The notes below the pieces were generated by a model. It searched no databases and was not told the origin of the DNA. It saw nothing but the letters and a program-made list of their open reading frames with translations. This document shows, in pieces, positions 1 to 8,637 of a DNA stretch of 32,392 nt. The stretch is from Corallococcus sicarius (GTDB lineage Bacteria > Myxococcota > Myxococcia > Myxococcales > Myxococcaceae): NCBI RefSeq assembly GCF_003611735.1, contig NZ_RAWG01000081.1, positions 1 through 32,392 of the forward strand, given 5' to 3'. How positions within the stretch are numbered: position 1 is the first letter of the stretch; each line of letters starts with the position of its first letter. The translations under genes and the position numbers were made by a program.

Positions 1-1
1 G

Positions 2-157
2 ACCCAGCCCTTCCCCGCGGACCTCCACGTCTGGCCCCTGCGCGAACAGGAGCCGCAGGTGGTGGAGGTCGTCGCCCTGTGGCCCTCCGGCGGCCTCAGC
101 CCCGGCGCCCACACCGTGCTGGACGGCCTGCGACGTCGGCTCCAGAAACGGCGATAA
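2..157 (+). CDS. 3' end of an upstream gene (partial; ...TVLDGLRRRLQKRR*), function unknown
   Basis: Frame 2 reads through from the window edge with GC3-rich codons typical of the real genes here and ends at TAA 155-157. No start is in the window. Confidence 0.3.
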   Translation, partial: TQPFPADLHVWPLREQEPQVVEVVALWPSGGLSPGAHTVLDGLRRRLQKRR

Positions 158-187
158 TCCGACGAAGACGTCGATTTCTGTCGGATT
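156..187. promoter_or_regulatory. Nested palindromes upstream of the hydroxylase gene: AATCCGAC-N16-GTCGGATT enclosing CGACGaagaCGTCG; candidate operator or terminator
   Basis: A perfect 8-bp inverted repeat sits at 156-163 and 180-187, with an inner 5-bp palindrome at 160-173. It lies immediately after the upstream stop and about 60 bp before the RBS (AAGGAG) and GTG start at 248. Confidence 0.25.
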
Positions 188-247
188 TCCGTCCGCCGCT
201 GACATGGGTATCTTCCAGGTGTCCTGTTTCTCTCGAAGGAGCCCCCT

Positions 248-1846
248 GTGACGACCCCCACGGAACGGACGATTGCCCGCCTGCCCGCCCACCTGCGCCG
301 CTACGTCGTGGCCCAGGACTACGCGGCCTACACGCCTCGCGACCAGGCGGTGTGGCGGCACATCCTGGGGCAGCTGCGCGGGCACCTGGGGGACAAGGCG
401 CACCCTGTCTATCTGGAGGGCCTGGAGGCCACCGGCATCGGCGCGGAGGCCATCCCCAGCCTGGATGAGATGAACGAGAAGCTGTCGAAGCTGGGCTGGT
501 CCTGCGTGGCGGTGCGCGGCTTCATCCCTCCGGCGGTGTTCACGGAGCTGCAGGCGCTGGGCGTGCTCGCGATCGCGGCGGACATCCGCACGCACGAGCA
601 CATCCAGTACACGCCCGCGCCGGACATCGTCCATGAGAGCGCGGGGCATGCGCCCATCATCGCGAACCGCCGCTACGCGGAGTACCTCAAGGCCGTGGGG
701 ATGGTGGGGTTCAAGGCCATTGCCAGCGTGGAGGATCAGGCCGTCTTCGAGGCCATCCGCAACCTGTCCGTGGTGAAGGAGGACCCGACGGCGAGCGACG
801 CGGAGATCGCCCACGCCCAGGCCCGCCTGGAGGTCGCCAATGCCAGCCACCGCTACATCAGCGAGAGCACCCGCGCGAGCCGCCTGTACTGGTGGACGGC
901 CGAGTACGGGCTCGTGGGCGACCTGGAGAAGCCGCGCATCTATGGCGCGGGCCTGCTGTCCAGCATCGGCGAGGCGAAGCACTGCCTGACGTCCAAGGTG
1001 AAGAAGCTGCCCCTGAGCACGGTGTGCGCGGACACGGACTACGACATCACCTGCATGCAGCCGCAGCTCTTCGTGGCGCGTGATTTTGAACACCTGTTCG
1101 AGGTGCTGGCCGGGTTCGAGTCCACGCTCGCATGGAAGCGCGGCGGGGACCTGGGGCTGCAAGAGGCGCTGCGCGCCCGCACCGTCAACCACCTGGTGCT
1201 CGCGGACGGCCGTGAGGTGACGGGCAAGGTGGTGAAGCTGCTGCCGGCCGTGAAGGACGTGGCCCCGGGCCTGTCCACCTCCCTGGCGCGGCTGGACGGT
1301 CCCATCCTCATCTCCCGGAATGGCCATGCGGACGGCAAGCCGTTCACGGGCGCGGCCCTGGTGGCCTTTGGCGAGGGCACCCTGCCGGAGCGCGGGAACT
1401 TCCGGCTCGCGCTGGACAGCGGGCTGGTGCTGGAGGGCTTCGCGGTGGGCGGCGGCGAGGTGATTGGCCTGCGCGGAACGCTCGCGGGGCGTGAGCTGGT
1501 GTTGCCGTCGATGGCGCGCCTGTACCTGACGGAGCGGCTGCCGTCGGTGGCGGGCGGGCCGGCGGATCCGGGCGCGTGGGACCGGTGGTTCGGGGAGCTG
1601 GATGCCTTCACCGTCGGCGACGGCGAGGCCCTGGCCCGCGAGCGCAAGGCGCAGGCCCTGCACCCATCCCTGGCGGAGCTGTACACGGAGGTGCGCCGCA
1701 TCCGCGAGACGGGGCAGCTCTCCGCTGAGCGACTGGAGCAGATTGCCCGCGCGTCCAGCGACTTCCCGTCGGACTGGCTGCTGCGCGCCGAGGTCGCGGA
1801 GCTGCGCGGCGAGGTGCCCCCGCTGCAGCGCGTGGCCCACGCGTAG
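248..1846 (+). CDS. phhA: Aromatic amino acid hydroxylase family protein (phenylalanine-4-hydroxylase-like N-terminal catalytic domain) with a C-terminal extension of about 230 aa of unknown function
   Basis: The motif HEHIQYTPAPDIVHESAGHAP matches the PDxxHExxGH iron-binding signature of biopterin-dependent aromatic amino acid hydroxylases. A GTG start has an AAGGAG RBS 7 nt upstream. At 532 aa the protein is far longer than the roughly 300 aa of bacterial PhhA. Confidence 0.75.
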   Translation: MTTPTERTIARLPAHLRRYVVAQDYAAYTPRDQAVWRHILGQLRGHLGDKAHPVYLEGLEATGIGAEAIPSLDEMNEKLSKLGWSCVAVRGFIPPAVFTELQALGVLAIAADIRTHEHIQYTPAPDIVHESAGHAPIIANRRYAEYLKAVGMVGFKAIASVEDQAVFEAIRNLSVVKEDPTASDAEIAHAQARLEVANASHRYISESTRASRLYWWTAEYGLVGDLEKPRIYGAGLLSSIGEAKHCLTSKVKKLPLSTVCADTDYDITCMQPQLFVARDFEHLFEVLAGFESTLAWKRGGDLGLQEALRARTVNHLVLADGREVTGKVVKLLPAVKDVAPGLSTSLARLDGPILISRNGHADGKPFTGAALVAFGEGTLPERGNFRLALDSGLVLEGFAVGGGEVIGLRGTLAGRELVLPSMARLYLTERLPSVAGGPADPGAWDRWFGELDAFTVGDGEALARERKAQALHPSLAELYTEVRRIRETGQLSAERLEQIARASSDFPSDWLLRAEVAELRGEVPPLQRVAHA

Positions 1847-1847
1847 G

Positions 1848-2543
1848 ATGAGACTGGACGAGCAGGGCCGCGAGGTGTCCTTCGAGGAGCTGTCGGAGCG
1901 CTATCGCGGCCATGAGCTGTGGGCCTGGTTCCTCGAGACGCGAACCCTCGTCGACACGGAGGTGCGTCCGCGCCTCATCGAAGGAGGCCTGGACACCTCC
2001 GAGGACGTGGAGACCGGGGACGGCCCGTGGGCGCTCATCGTCGAGGGCGACCTCGTGACGACGGGAGACGTCCTCCTCTCCACGGGGGATTACGCCTCCA
2101 GCACCCTCCTCGTGACAGGCCACCTGCGGGCTCGGAGCCTCAAGTACGCGACGAGTGCGCGCGTGGTGGTGGACCGCGACCTCACCGCGTCCGGCGTCAT
2201 CGTCGGCACCTGGGGGACGGACGGAGCGGTGTTGGGTGTCGGTGGAACGCTGACGGCGCGAGCGGTGCTCTTGGATTCCCACACGCCCCTCTGGGCGAAT
2301 GCGGGCGGGCCGCGCTCCGTCCCGGAGGCCTTCCGCACCCTCATCGTCGGGGGGCGGGGCTGGCAGGAGTTCACGCCGGACCTCGAATGCGACGACATCG
2401 AACGGCACGAGCAGACCTACGTGCCCGAGGTGCTCAGGGCAGGCGTGCTCGACCATGCCAGGGCGCTGGCACATGCGCGGCACGGCGGCAGCCCCTTCCT
2501 TCCCGAAGTGGAGCGGGCGCTGCGGGAGAAGAAGGGGCTCTGA
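1848..2543 (+). CDS. Hypothetical protein with repetitive G/V/T-rich beta-strand-like segments (possible beta-helix or bactofilin-like fold)
   Basis: An ATG lies 1 nt after the upstream stop, in the same frame as track ORF 1602..2543. Repetitive segments such as EGDLVTTGDVLLSTGDYASSTLLVTGHL and ASGVIVGTWGTDGAVLGVGGTL are present. I recognise no conserved catalytic motif. Confidence 0.45.
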   Translation: MRLDEQGREVSFEELSERYRGHELWAWFLETRTLVDTEVRPRLIEGGLDTSEDVETGDGPWALIVEGDLVTTGDVLLSTGDYASSTLLVTGHLRARSLKYATSARVVVDRDLTASGVIVGTWGTDGAVLGVGGTLTARAVLLDSHTPLWANAGGPRSVPEAFRTLIVGGRGWQEFTPDLECDDIERHEQTYVPEVLRAGVLDHARALAHARHGGSPFLPEVERALREKKGL

Positions 2544-2854
2544 TCCTGGAGCCGTAGGAGCCGCGCCCCGCCGCCTCACGTCACCTGAAGCGTGCCCGCT
2601 GGGACTCCGGCACCGAGGCGCGCGTCCGAGGGACGGCCGCGCGGCGCCCCGAGCCAGCACGTCGCCTTCCCCCCTCCTGCCTCCACGCCCTGTCATGGCG
2701 TTGCAACCGCGCGGAGGCGGACAGATGCCTCACATCCTTCCGCCACACGGCCGAAACCAGCCATCTTCGCACAAATTGCTTTTCCGGTAAGTCACGAGAA
2801 AGCAACAAATTCAACAAGGGTTGGATTTGTCATGCAAAGACAAGGAGGCGTGCC

Positions 2855-4027
2855 GTGACGCGAAACGTCCGCCGCTACGACGCGGTGTTGGTAGGAGGAG
2901 GAATCACCGGGCTGATGGTGAGCCACAAGCTCTCCCGGCTCGGGCTGCGATTGTTGCTGTTGGAGAAGCAGCCGACGCTCGCCAGTGGTCCCTCGACGCG
3001 CAACGAGGGCTGGCTGCACCGGGGCAGCTACCATGCGGGCTCCATCCGCGACCGGGAGAACGCGGTCCAGGTGGCGCGGCGCTGCATCTACGGGCACGAG
3101 CAGATCCGCGCCTTCGCACCGGAGGCGGTCGAGGACGCGGACCGCACCCCGCTGGTCCTGGTTCGTGACGCGGACCGGGTGCAGGAGCTGGTCTCCCGGT
3201 GGGACGAGGCGGGCGTCTGGTACCGGCCCAGGACGCGGGCCGCCGCCGCCGCGAGCTTCCCGGCCGCCGACCTCTCCCGCGCCGCCGCCATCTTCGAGGT
3301 CGCGGACGTCAGCCTCAACACCCGGATGCTGTACCGGAAGCTCTACACCTCCGCGCAGCAGGGCGGCACCGAGGTCCTCACCGGCGCGCGCCTGGAGCGC
3401 ATCAACGGCCTGGAGGCCAGCGTCGTCACCGCCAGCGGAGAGACGCTCCACGTCGAGGCCGGACTGTTTGTCTATTCCGCCGGCTTCGGCGCCAGGGATC
3501 TCTTCCGCGACCATTTCCAACTGACGCTGCCCATCCGCTACTGGAAGAGCCACCTGGTCGTCGTGCCCCGCCTGGGCGCCCACGGGCTGTTCTACGTGGA
3601 CGCGCACGAGGCGGCGATGATGCACCACGGCGGCTACAGCATCGTCGGCATGAACGAGGACGCGCTCCTCTGCCCCGAGCCGGACTACCACGTCATCGAG
3701 GAGAAGGCGGGCAACCTCCACCGCGCGCTGGAGCGGCTGGTGCCCGGCTGGAAGCGCGGGGCGACCTTCACCGACGTCGCGTGCACGAAGGTGGACTTCG
3801 CCCCCGACGCGACCGCCGCGCGCTCGCTCAACATCGCCATCCACGAGCCCGTCCCCGGGCACATCTGCATCCTGCCGGGAAAGATGACCGAGACGCCCTT
3901 CCTCACGGACGTCCTGACGGCGCGGCTCTACGAGCGCCTGGAGGACGGTCTCATCGCGCAGCGCCCCTGTGACGTCCTGCACGCCAACCTCACCCTTCAC
4001 CGTCGTGAACCCTCCCATGCGGCCTGA
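2855..4027 (+). CDS. FAD-dependent oxidoreductase (DAO superfamily; D-amino acid, glycine or hydroxy-acid oxidase-like)
   Basis: An N-terminal dinucleotide-binding motif reads YDAVLVGGGITGLMVSHKLSRLGLRLLLLEK. The GTG start follows a GGAGG RBS. It is preceded by a 310-bp AT-richer leader. Confidence 0.7.
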   Translation: MTRNVRRYDAVLVGGGITGLMVSHKLSRLGLRLLLLEKQPTLASGPSTRNEGWLHRGSYHAGSIRDRENAVQVARRCIYGHEQIRAFAPEAVEDADRTPLVLVRDADRVQELVSRWDEAGVWYRPRTRAAAAASFPAADLSRAAAIFEVADVSLNTRMLYRKLYTSAQQGGTEVLTGARLERINGLEASVVTASGETLHVEAGLFVYSAGFGARDLFRDHFQLTLPIRYWKSHLVVVPRLGAHGLFYVDAHEAAMMHHGGYSIVGMNEDALLCPEPDYHVIEEKAGNLHRALERLVPGWKRGATFTDVACTKVDFAPDATAARSLNIAIHEPVPGHICILPGKMTETPFLTDVLTARLYERLEDGLIAQRPCDVLHANLTLHRREPSHAA

Positions 4028-4643
4028 CCTGCTCTGCGCCCTCGATGCCCCCCGCCTCGCGGCGGGCCTGCTGACCATCGAAGAAGTCCTCGCGCTCGCA
4101 AGCCGCGGCAACGTCATCTTCGATCCGTTCTCCGTGCTCATCTCCCGCCACGCCCGCATCGGCGAGGGCAATGTCTTTCACCCCTGCGTCACCCTCACCT
4201 GCGCGCCCACGGCGGAGCTGCGGGTGGGCGACCGCAATGTCTTCCACACCGGCAGCCTGCTGGCGGCGGAGACCGGTCCCCTCACCATTGGGAATGGCAA
4301 CCAGTTTGGCGAGGGCGGCTTCACCGCGAAGGCGAACAGCCCCGGCGCGCGCATCGTCGTCGGCGATGGAGGGCGGTACCTGGGAGGCGCGTCTGTGTTT
4401 GGCCAGACGGAGCTCGGGTCGGGGACCCAGGTGCTGGGGGCCATCACCGTGGACGGGTGCAGCCTGGCCGGGGGCGCCGCGTTCAGCGACCCGGATCCGG
4501 ACCGGCGCGCCGCCGTCCTCAAGGGCTCCGGCACGGCCCGCCGGCTGGTGCTCGGCGTGGGCCAGGTCATCCTGGGCAGCGGCGCCTTCCGCCTGGAGGA
4601 CGCGAAGCCCCAGTCCTTCTTCCACCCGAAGGCGGCACCATGA
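4017..4643 (+). CDS. Left-handed beta-helix (hexapeptide-repeat) protein, acyltransferase or gamma-carbonic-anhydrase-like
   Basis: Repeated [LIV]-G-x-x-x-x hexapeptide-like segments occur, for example IGEGNVFHPCVTLT, VGDRNVFHTGSLL, IGNGNQFGEGGF and IVVGDGGRYLGGASVFG. It overlaps the upstream gene by about 11 nt; an alternative upstream start lies at 3969. Confidence 0.55.
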   Translation: MRPDLLCALDAPRLAAGLLTIEEVLALASRGNVIFDPFSVLISRHARIGEGNVFHPCVTLTCAPTAELRVGDRNVFHTGSLLAAETGPLTIGNGNQFGEGGFTAKANSPGARIVVGDGGRYLGGASVFGQTELGSGTQVLGAITVDGCSLAGGAAFSDPDPDRRAAVLKGSGTARRLVLGVGQVILGSGAFRLEDAKPQSFFHPKAAP

Positions 4644-5416
4644 GCGCCCCGGGTGACGCACCTGTCGGGCTCGGGCTGGGCTTGCTGTCCATTGGCCGCA
4701 CCTGGGGCTATCGCTCTGAGCCTCCCCCTCCCGAAGCGGACGCGCGGCGCCTGCTCGAGTGCGCCGTCGAGGCCGGAGTCCGCTGCTTCGACACGGCTCC
4801 CGCGTATGGCTCCAGCGAGGAGCGCTTCGGGGCCTTCCTCGCCACGCTGGGCTCGCGGCGCGAGGGGCTCCTCGTCGCCACCAAGTTCGGCGAGCACTGG
4901 GACGCGGCAGCGGGGTCCTCCTTCACCGACCATTCGTACGACGCGCTCCGCCGCAGCCTCGACCAGAGCCTCCGCCTTCTGGGGCGGATCGACCTGCTGC
5001 AGGTGCACAAGGCCACCGTGGCCACCGTGGGCGCGCCCGACGTGGTCCGCGCGCTCGAGTACGCCCGCTCCCTGGGCATCTCCCATCTGGGCGCGAGCAT
5101 CAGTGACGTGGCGGCGGCGGAGGCGGCCTGCGCGGTGGGCCTCTATTCCCATCTCCAGTTCCCCTACAACACGCTGAACCGGACGCTGGAGCCCGTCTTC
5201 GCGCTGGCCTCACGCCATGGCCTCCAGGTCCTGGTCAACCGGCCCTTCGCCATGGGGCAGCTGCTCCATGACACGCCAAGGGCGCGCGAGGTCGCCCTGC
5301 GCGAGTCACTCGAGCAGATCCTGCGCCAATCCTTCACGGGCTACGTGCTGACGGGAACGAAGTCCGTGGACCACCTGCGCCAGACGCTCGCGGCCTTCCG
5401 CTCCCGGGGAGGCTGA
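4640..5416 (+). CDS. Aldo/keto reductase family oxidoreductase
   Basis: An ATGA start/stop overlap couples it to the upstream gene. The motif RCFDTAPAYGSSEERFG is typical of the N-terminus of AKR (beta/alpha)8 barrels. Confidence 0.7.
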   Translation: MSAPGDAPVGLGLGLLSIGRTWGYRSEPPPPEADARRLLECAVEAGVRCFDTAPAYGSSEERFGAFLATLGSRREGLLVATKFGEHWDAAAGSSFTDHSYDALRRSLDQSLRLLGRIDLLQVHKATVATVGAPDVVRALEYARSLGISHLGASISDVAAAEAACAVGLYSHLQFPYNTLNRTLEPVFALASRHGLQVLVNRPFAMGQLLHDTPRAREVALRESLEQILRQSFTGYVLTGTKSVDHLRQTLAAFRSRGG

Positions 5417-5418
5417 CG

Positions 5419-6306
5419 ATGTGGATTGCCTATGGCCTGGGCGCCGGGGTGATGCTCGGCCTCTACGATGTCTGGACGAAGAAGGCGATGAAGGGGAACG
5501 CGGTCATCCCCGTCGTCATGTGGTCCTCGCTCTTCGGGGCGCTGGTCTGGGTTCCCACCCTGTTCTCCGGGGCGCTGCCCATCCACATCGACCCGTTCGG
5601 GCTGTCCCTGCGCGAGCACGCACTGCTGCTCCCCAAGGGCATCGCGATGACGGCCTCGTGGGTCCTCGCCTACTACGCGGTGCGGGAGCTGCCCATCTCC
5701 ATCGCCGGCGCCGTGCGGGCCTCGGGCCCGCTGTGGACGCTGGCGGGCGGGTTCGTGATGTTCCGGGAGCTGCTGACGCCGATGCAGTTCCTCGGCCTGA
5801 TGATCACCGTGCTGTCCTACTACGTGCTCTCCGTCGTCGGCAGGAAGGAGGGCATCGTCGTCTTCCGCAACACCGCCGTGCTGCTCATGCTGTCAGCCAC
5901 GGTGCTGTCGGCGGTGACGACCGTCTATGACAAGTACCTCGTCGTCCAGCTCCAGCTCCCGGTGCTGGAGATCCAGGCGCACTCCGCCTTCCAGCGGTGC
6001 GCCCTGTCCGCCCTCCTCTTCGTGCCGTACATGCTGCGCAGGGGCGGCGGCCTGGGGCTGGGGCTCACCTGGAGCTGGGCCGTGCCGCTGGTGGGCGTCT
6101 CGTGGGTGCTGGCGGAGCTCATCTACTTCCACGCGCTCATGGACCCGCAGGCGATGGTGTCCCTGCTGTCCGTCCTGCGCCGCACGAGCCTCATCGTCGC
6201 CTTCCTCCTGTCCGCCCTGCTCTTCCGCGAGGCGAACCTCTGGCAGAAGACGCTCATGATCCTCGTGCTCATCGCGGGGATGGCCATCCTCATCCTCGGC
6301 CGGTGA
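5419..6306 (+). CDS. DMT/EamA-family integral membrane transporter
   Basis: There are about ten hydrophobic helices in a two-half EamA-like arrangement. It starts 2 nt after the AKR stop. Confidence 0.65.
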   Translation: MWIAYGLGAGVMLGLYDVWTKKAMKGNAVIPVVMWSSLFGALVWVPTLFSGALPIHIDPFGLSLREHALLLPKGIAMTASWVLAYYAVRELPISIAGAVRASGPLWTLAGGFVMFRELLTPMQFLGLMITVLSYYVLSVVGRKEGIVVFRNTAVLLMLSATVLSAVTTVYDKYLVVQLQLPVLEIQAHSAFQRCALSALLFVPYMLRRGGGLGLGLTWSWAVPLVGVSWVLAELIYFHALMDPQAMVSLLSVLRRTSLIVAFLLSALLFREANLWQKTLMILVLIAGMAILILGR

Positions 6307-6312
6307 ATGAAA

Positions 6313-6346
6313 AACGGGCCGCTTCCCCAGTGGGAAGCGGCCCGTT
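6313..6346. terminator. Bidirectional stem-loop terminator between convergent genes (15-bp perfect stem AACGGGCCGCTTCCC/GGGAAGCGGCCCGTT, 4-nt loop)
   Basis: A perfect inverted repeat sits directly after the transporter stop and 44 nt from the stop of the convergent lipoprotein gene. Confidence 0.55.
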
Positions 6347-6389
6347 CCTTCAAGGCCTCTCAGAAGCCGGACGCCCCAGGAGGCGCCGC

Positions 6390-8009
6390 TCAGTCCTTCG
6401 TGCAGACGACGTCATCGACCTGGAGGTGGTCGCGGTCGGCCGCGCTGCGGCTCGGATAGAGGAGCAGGCGCCAGTCGCGCACGTTGCCGGTGAAGCGGAA
6501 GAACACCGGCTGCCACGCGTCACTGTCCACGGCGATGAAGTCGGTCTGCGGGCTCCAGCCGCCGCTCGAATAGGTGCGATGGCGGATGGTGCCGTGGCCT
6601 CGCACCCGATACGAGCAGGAGTAGTTTCCGCTCGGGACGTTGAACTTCTCGCTGGAGAAGCGTTCGGCCACCTGGATCGGGACCACGAACTGCAGCGCCC
6701 TCGAACCACCGTGCACCGCGGTCGTGTAGGGCAGGAGGCGCGTGGGTTTGATTTCAGTGCCCGGGTCGGAGACGCCGTTGTCGATGCCGTACCAGAAGTC
6801 GGGGAGGTAGTGGTTCCCGTAGTACGGGATGGAATAGGTGTTCCAGCTTTCAAACCCACCATTGCGGATGATGTTCGAGGGGTGGGCGGCGGAGACGCAG
6901 CGCCGGGTTGCCGCGTCGCAGGCAGGCAGCGCACCGCGACAGTCGTAGGTGGTGAAGCAGGCCCCTTCCGCCAGCTCGCACACGCCGGTCGTGGGATTGC
7001 AGCTCGTCGCCGGGTTGCTGCAGGTGACGCCAGCGCAGGGGTCGCCCGCGATGCAGAGGTGCGTGGCGTAATCGCAGACCGGCGTCTGCGGGGTCCCCGC
7101 GCAATCCGCGTGACGGGTGCAGCGATCCTCGGCGACCACGCAGGTGTGGGTGGCATCACAGGTCTGCCACTCGCTGCAATCCGTGGCGTCCTGGCAGCGA
7201 CCGGAGAGCGGCTCGCAGGTCGCGGTGGCATTCACGCAGCGCGCCCACGACTCGCAGCTGATCGCATCACACGGCTCGACGGCCCGCACGCAGCGAACAT
7301 CGTCGATGGACAGATGCTCCCCGCTGGTGCTCCGGACGCTGAAGATGAGCTCGAAGGTGTCGAAGACATCAGCGGCGAGGTTGAAGTTGTACGCCAGCTT
7401 CTTCCACTCCTTGCTGTCGACCCGGGTGTAGGCCGAGTAGGTGGAGTAGTCGTCGTCGAAGAAGGCGTTTCGCACTTCACCGGTGCCCCGCGCCTGGTAG
7501 GTGCAGGAGTAGCGGCCCGCGCGCATCGACTTCGCCAGGGTGCTGAAGCGCAGGTGCGAGGTCGAAGGGTTGGTCAGCCGGGCCGCGTTCACGCCTTCAA
7601 AGGCATTCGTCGTCTCCCGCCCCACCCCGTCGGTGGTGATGTCCGACGTGCTGCCGTACCACTTCGTCGGAACCGCACCGGGCCATTCTTCAAAGCCCCA
7701 GTTGTCGATGACGTTCCCCGCGGGAACCTCGCCCGCGTCCGGCGTCCCCGAACCTGCATCGGGCGTCCCGGAGCCTGCGTCCGGCGTCTCCTGGCCTGCG
7801 TCCGGCGTCTCGGTACCTGAATCCGGCGTCTCCTGGCCTGCGTCGGGCGTCTCCTGGCCTGCGTCGGGCGTTCCGGCACCTGCGTCCGGCGTCTCGGCAC
7901 CTGAATCCGGCACGGACTGGCCGGCATCAGGGGGCACCTCTGGTTCCGAACCACCGCAGGCGGTCACCAAGAGCAGCAGCGAAGCCAGACACACTCGAAA
8001 CAACGTCAC
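6390..8009 (-). CDS. Secreted lipoprotein with N-terminal (E/G)TPDAG(Q/S) heptad repeats and two jelly-roll-like modules (CBM4_9-like NxGFE starts) separated by a Cys-rich linker
   Basis: The lipoprotein signal is MTLFRVCLASLLLLVTAC. There are about 9 heptad repeats. Two modules begin NVIDNWGFEEWPG and NIIRNGGFESWN. Between them lies a Cys-rich region (CxxxxC spacing, about 24 Cys). Confidence 0.65.
   Translation of the reverse strand: MTLFRVCLASLLLLVTACGGSEPEVPPDAGQSVPDSGAETPDAGAGTPDAGQETPDAGQETPDSGTETPDAGQETPDAGSGTPDAGSGTPDAGEVPAGNVIDNWGFEEWPGAVPTKWYGSTSDITTDGVGRETTNAFEGVNAARLTNPSTSHLRFSTLAKSMRAGRYSCTYQARGTGEVRNAFFDDDYSTYSAYTRVDSKEWKKLAYNFNLAADVFDTFELIFSVRSTSGEHLSIDDVRCVRAVEPCDAISCESWARCVNATATCEPLSGRCQDATDCSEWQTCDATHTCVVAEDRCTRHADCAGTPQTPVCDYATHLCIAGDPCAGVTCSNPATSCNPTTGVCELAEGACFTTYDCRGALPACDAATRRCVSAAHPSNIIRNGGFESWNTYSIPYYGNHYLPDFWYGIDNGVSDPGTEIKPTRLLPYTTAVHGGSRALQFVVPIQVAERFSSEKFNVPSGNYSCSYRVRGHGTIRHRTYSSGGWSPQTDFIAVDSDAWQPVFFRFTGNVRDWRLLLYPSRSAADRDHLQVDDVVCTKD
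7731..7931. repeat. Tandem 21-bp repeats (about 9 copies, consensus GCGTCCGGCGTCTCCTGGCCT on the + strand) encoding the TPDAG heptads
   Basis: Near-perfect periodicity is visible by direct reading at 7741-7920. Confidence 0.7.
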
Positions 8010-8125
8010 AGCGGGCCTCCATTTTCAGGAAATGTCCGCTCGTACCACACCTCCCCCGTGTAGGGGGCGTGACGGGGAGTGTGAGGACACCGCGCGCCCG
8101 GAGCCCTGGGCGCGCGGTGGGACCC

Positions 8126-8536
8126 TCAGAACGAACGAACCAGCGTCCAGCTGTTGTTGTCGAAGCTGGGCACCGCTGAATACCGGCAGCTGCTGCTGTA
8201 GTACGAACTGACGATCGACCATCCGGAAGGCGGGGACCACGATGAGCAGGCGTTGACTCGCGTCCCGATGGGGTAGCCGGTGAGCTGCTTCATCTGCTTG
8301 CTGTTCGGGGAGAAGGTGCTGCCACAAGCGCCGCTGTTCCACCACTGGACGTCCACCCAGCCAGAAGGCGTCATGGTGCTCGAACAGACGTTGACCGTGT
8401 CCCCTGCCGCCGCCTGCTCCTGATTGGCAAGCCTGGAGTCCTCACCTTCGTCGCCAGGGCCGGCACCGCAACCCGCGACAGCCATTGCCAACGCCGCACT
8501 GAACAGCACTGCGCCTGCAAACCTGCGATTCGACAC
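8126..8536 (-). CDS. Small secreted Cys/Trp/Ser-rich lipoprotein (about 136 aa) with atypically low GC3
   Basis: A candidate GTG start gives the lipoprotein signal MSNRRFAGAVLFSAALAMAVAGC; the track ORF extends to 8623 with alternative ATG starts. There are internal repeats (PSGWVDVQWWNSGACGS / PPSGWSIVSSYYSSSC, NNSW). Many codons end in A/T, unlike the neighbouring genes. Confidence 0.45.
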   Translation of the reverse strand: MSNRRFAGAVLFSAALAMAVAGCGAGPGDEGEDSRLANQEQAAAGDTVNVCSSTMTPSGWVDVQWWNSGACGSTFSPNSKQMKQLTGYPIGTRVNACSSWSPPSGWSIVSSYYSSSCRYSAVPSFDNNSWTLVRSF

Positions 8537-8637
8537 GGTACCCCCACGATTGAGCTGGTTTGGCACTTCCAAAACGCCAGACATATCGCCGAAAGTCTGC
8601 ATTGTTGGAATACGTGGGAACACTTAGCAAAGAACAA

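Noticed and set aside
79-468. 129-aa + ORF beginning MALRRPQPRRP
   Set aside because: It is an Arg/Pro-rich out-of-frame read overlapping the hydroxylase start. The real upstream coding frame ends at TAA 155-157.
2818-2845. Possible sigma-54 promoter (TTGGATTTGTCATGCA) upstream of the FAD oxidoreductase gene
   Set aside because: GG-N9-GC spacing is one short of the canonical GG-N10-GC, and the flanking consensus bases are poor.
5997-7820. 607-aa + strand ORF
   Set aside because: It is an Arg/Gly/Ala/Pro-rich antisense shadow of the minus-strand lipoprotein gene. The minus frame has a lipoprotein signal, heptad repeats and recognisable modules. High-GC genomes generate long open antisense frames.
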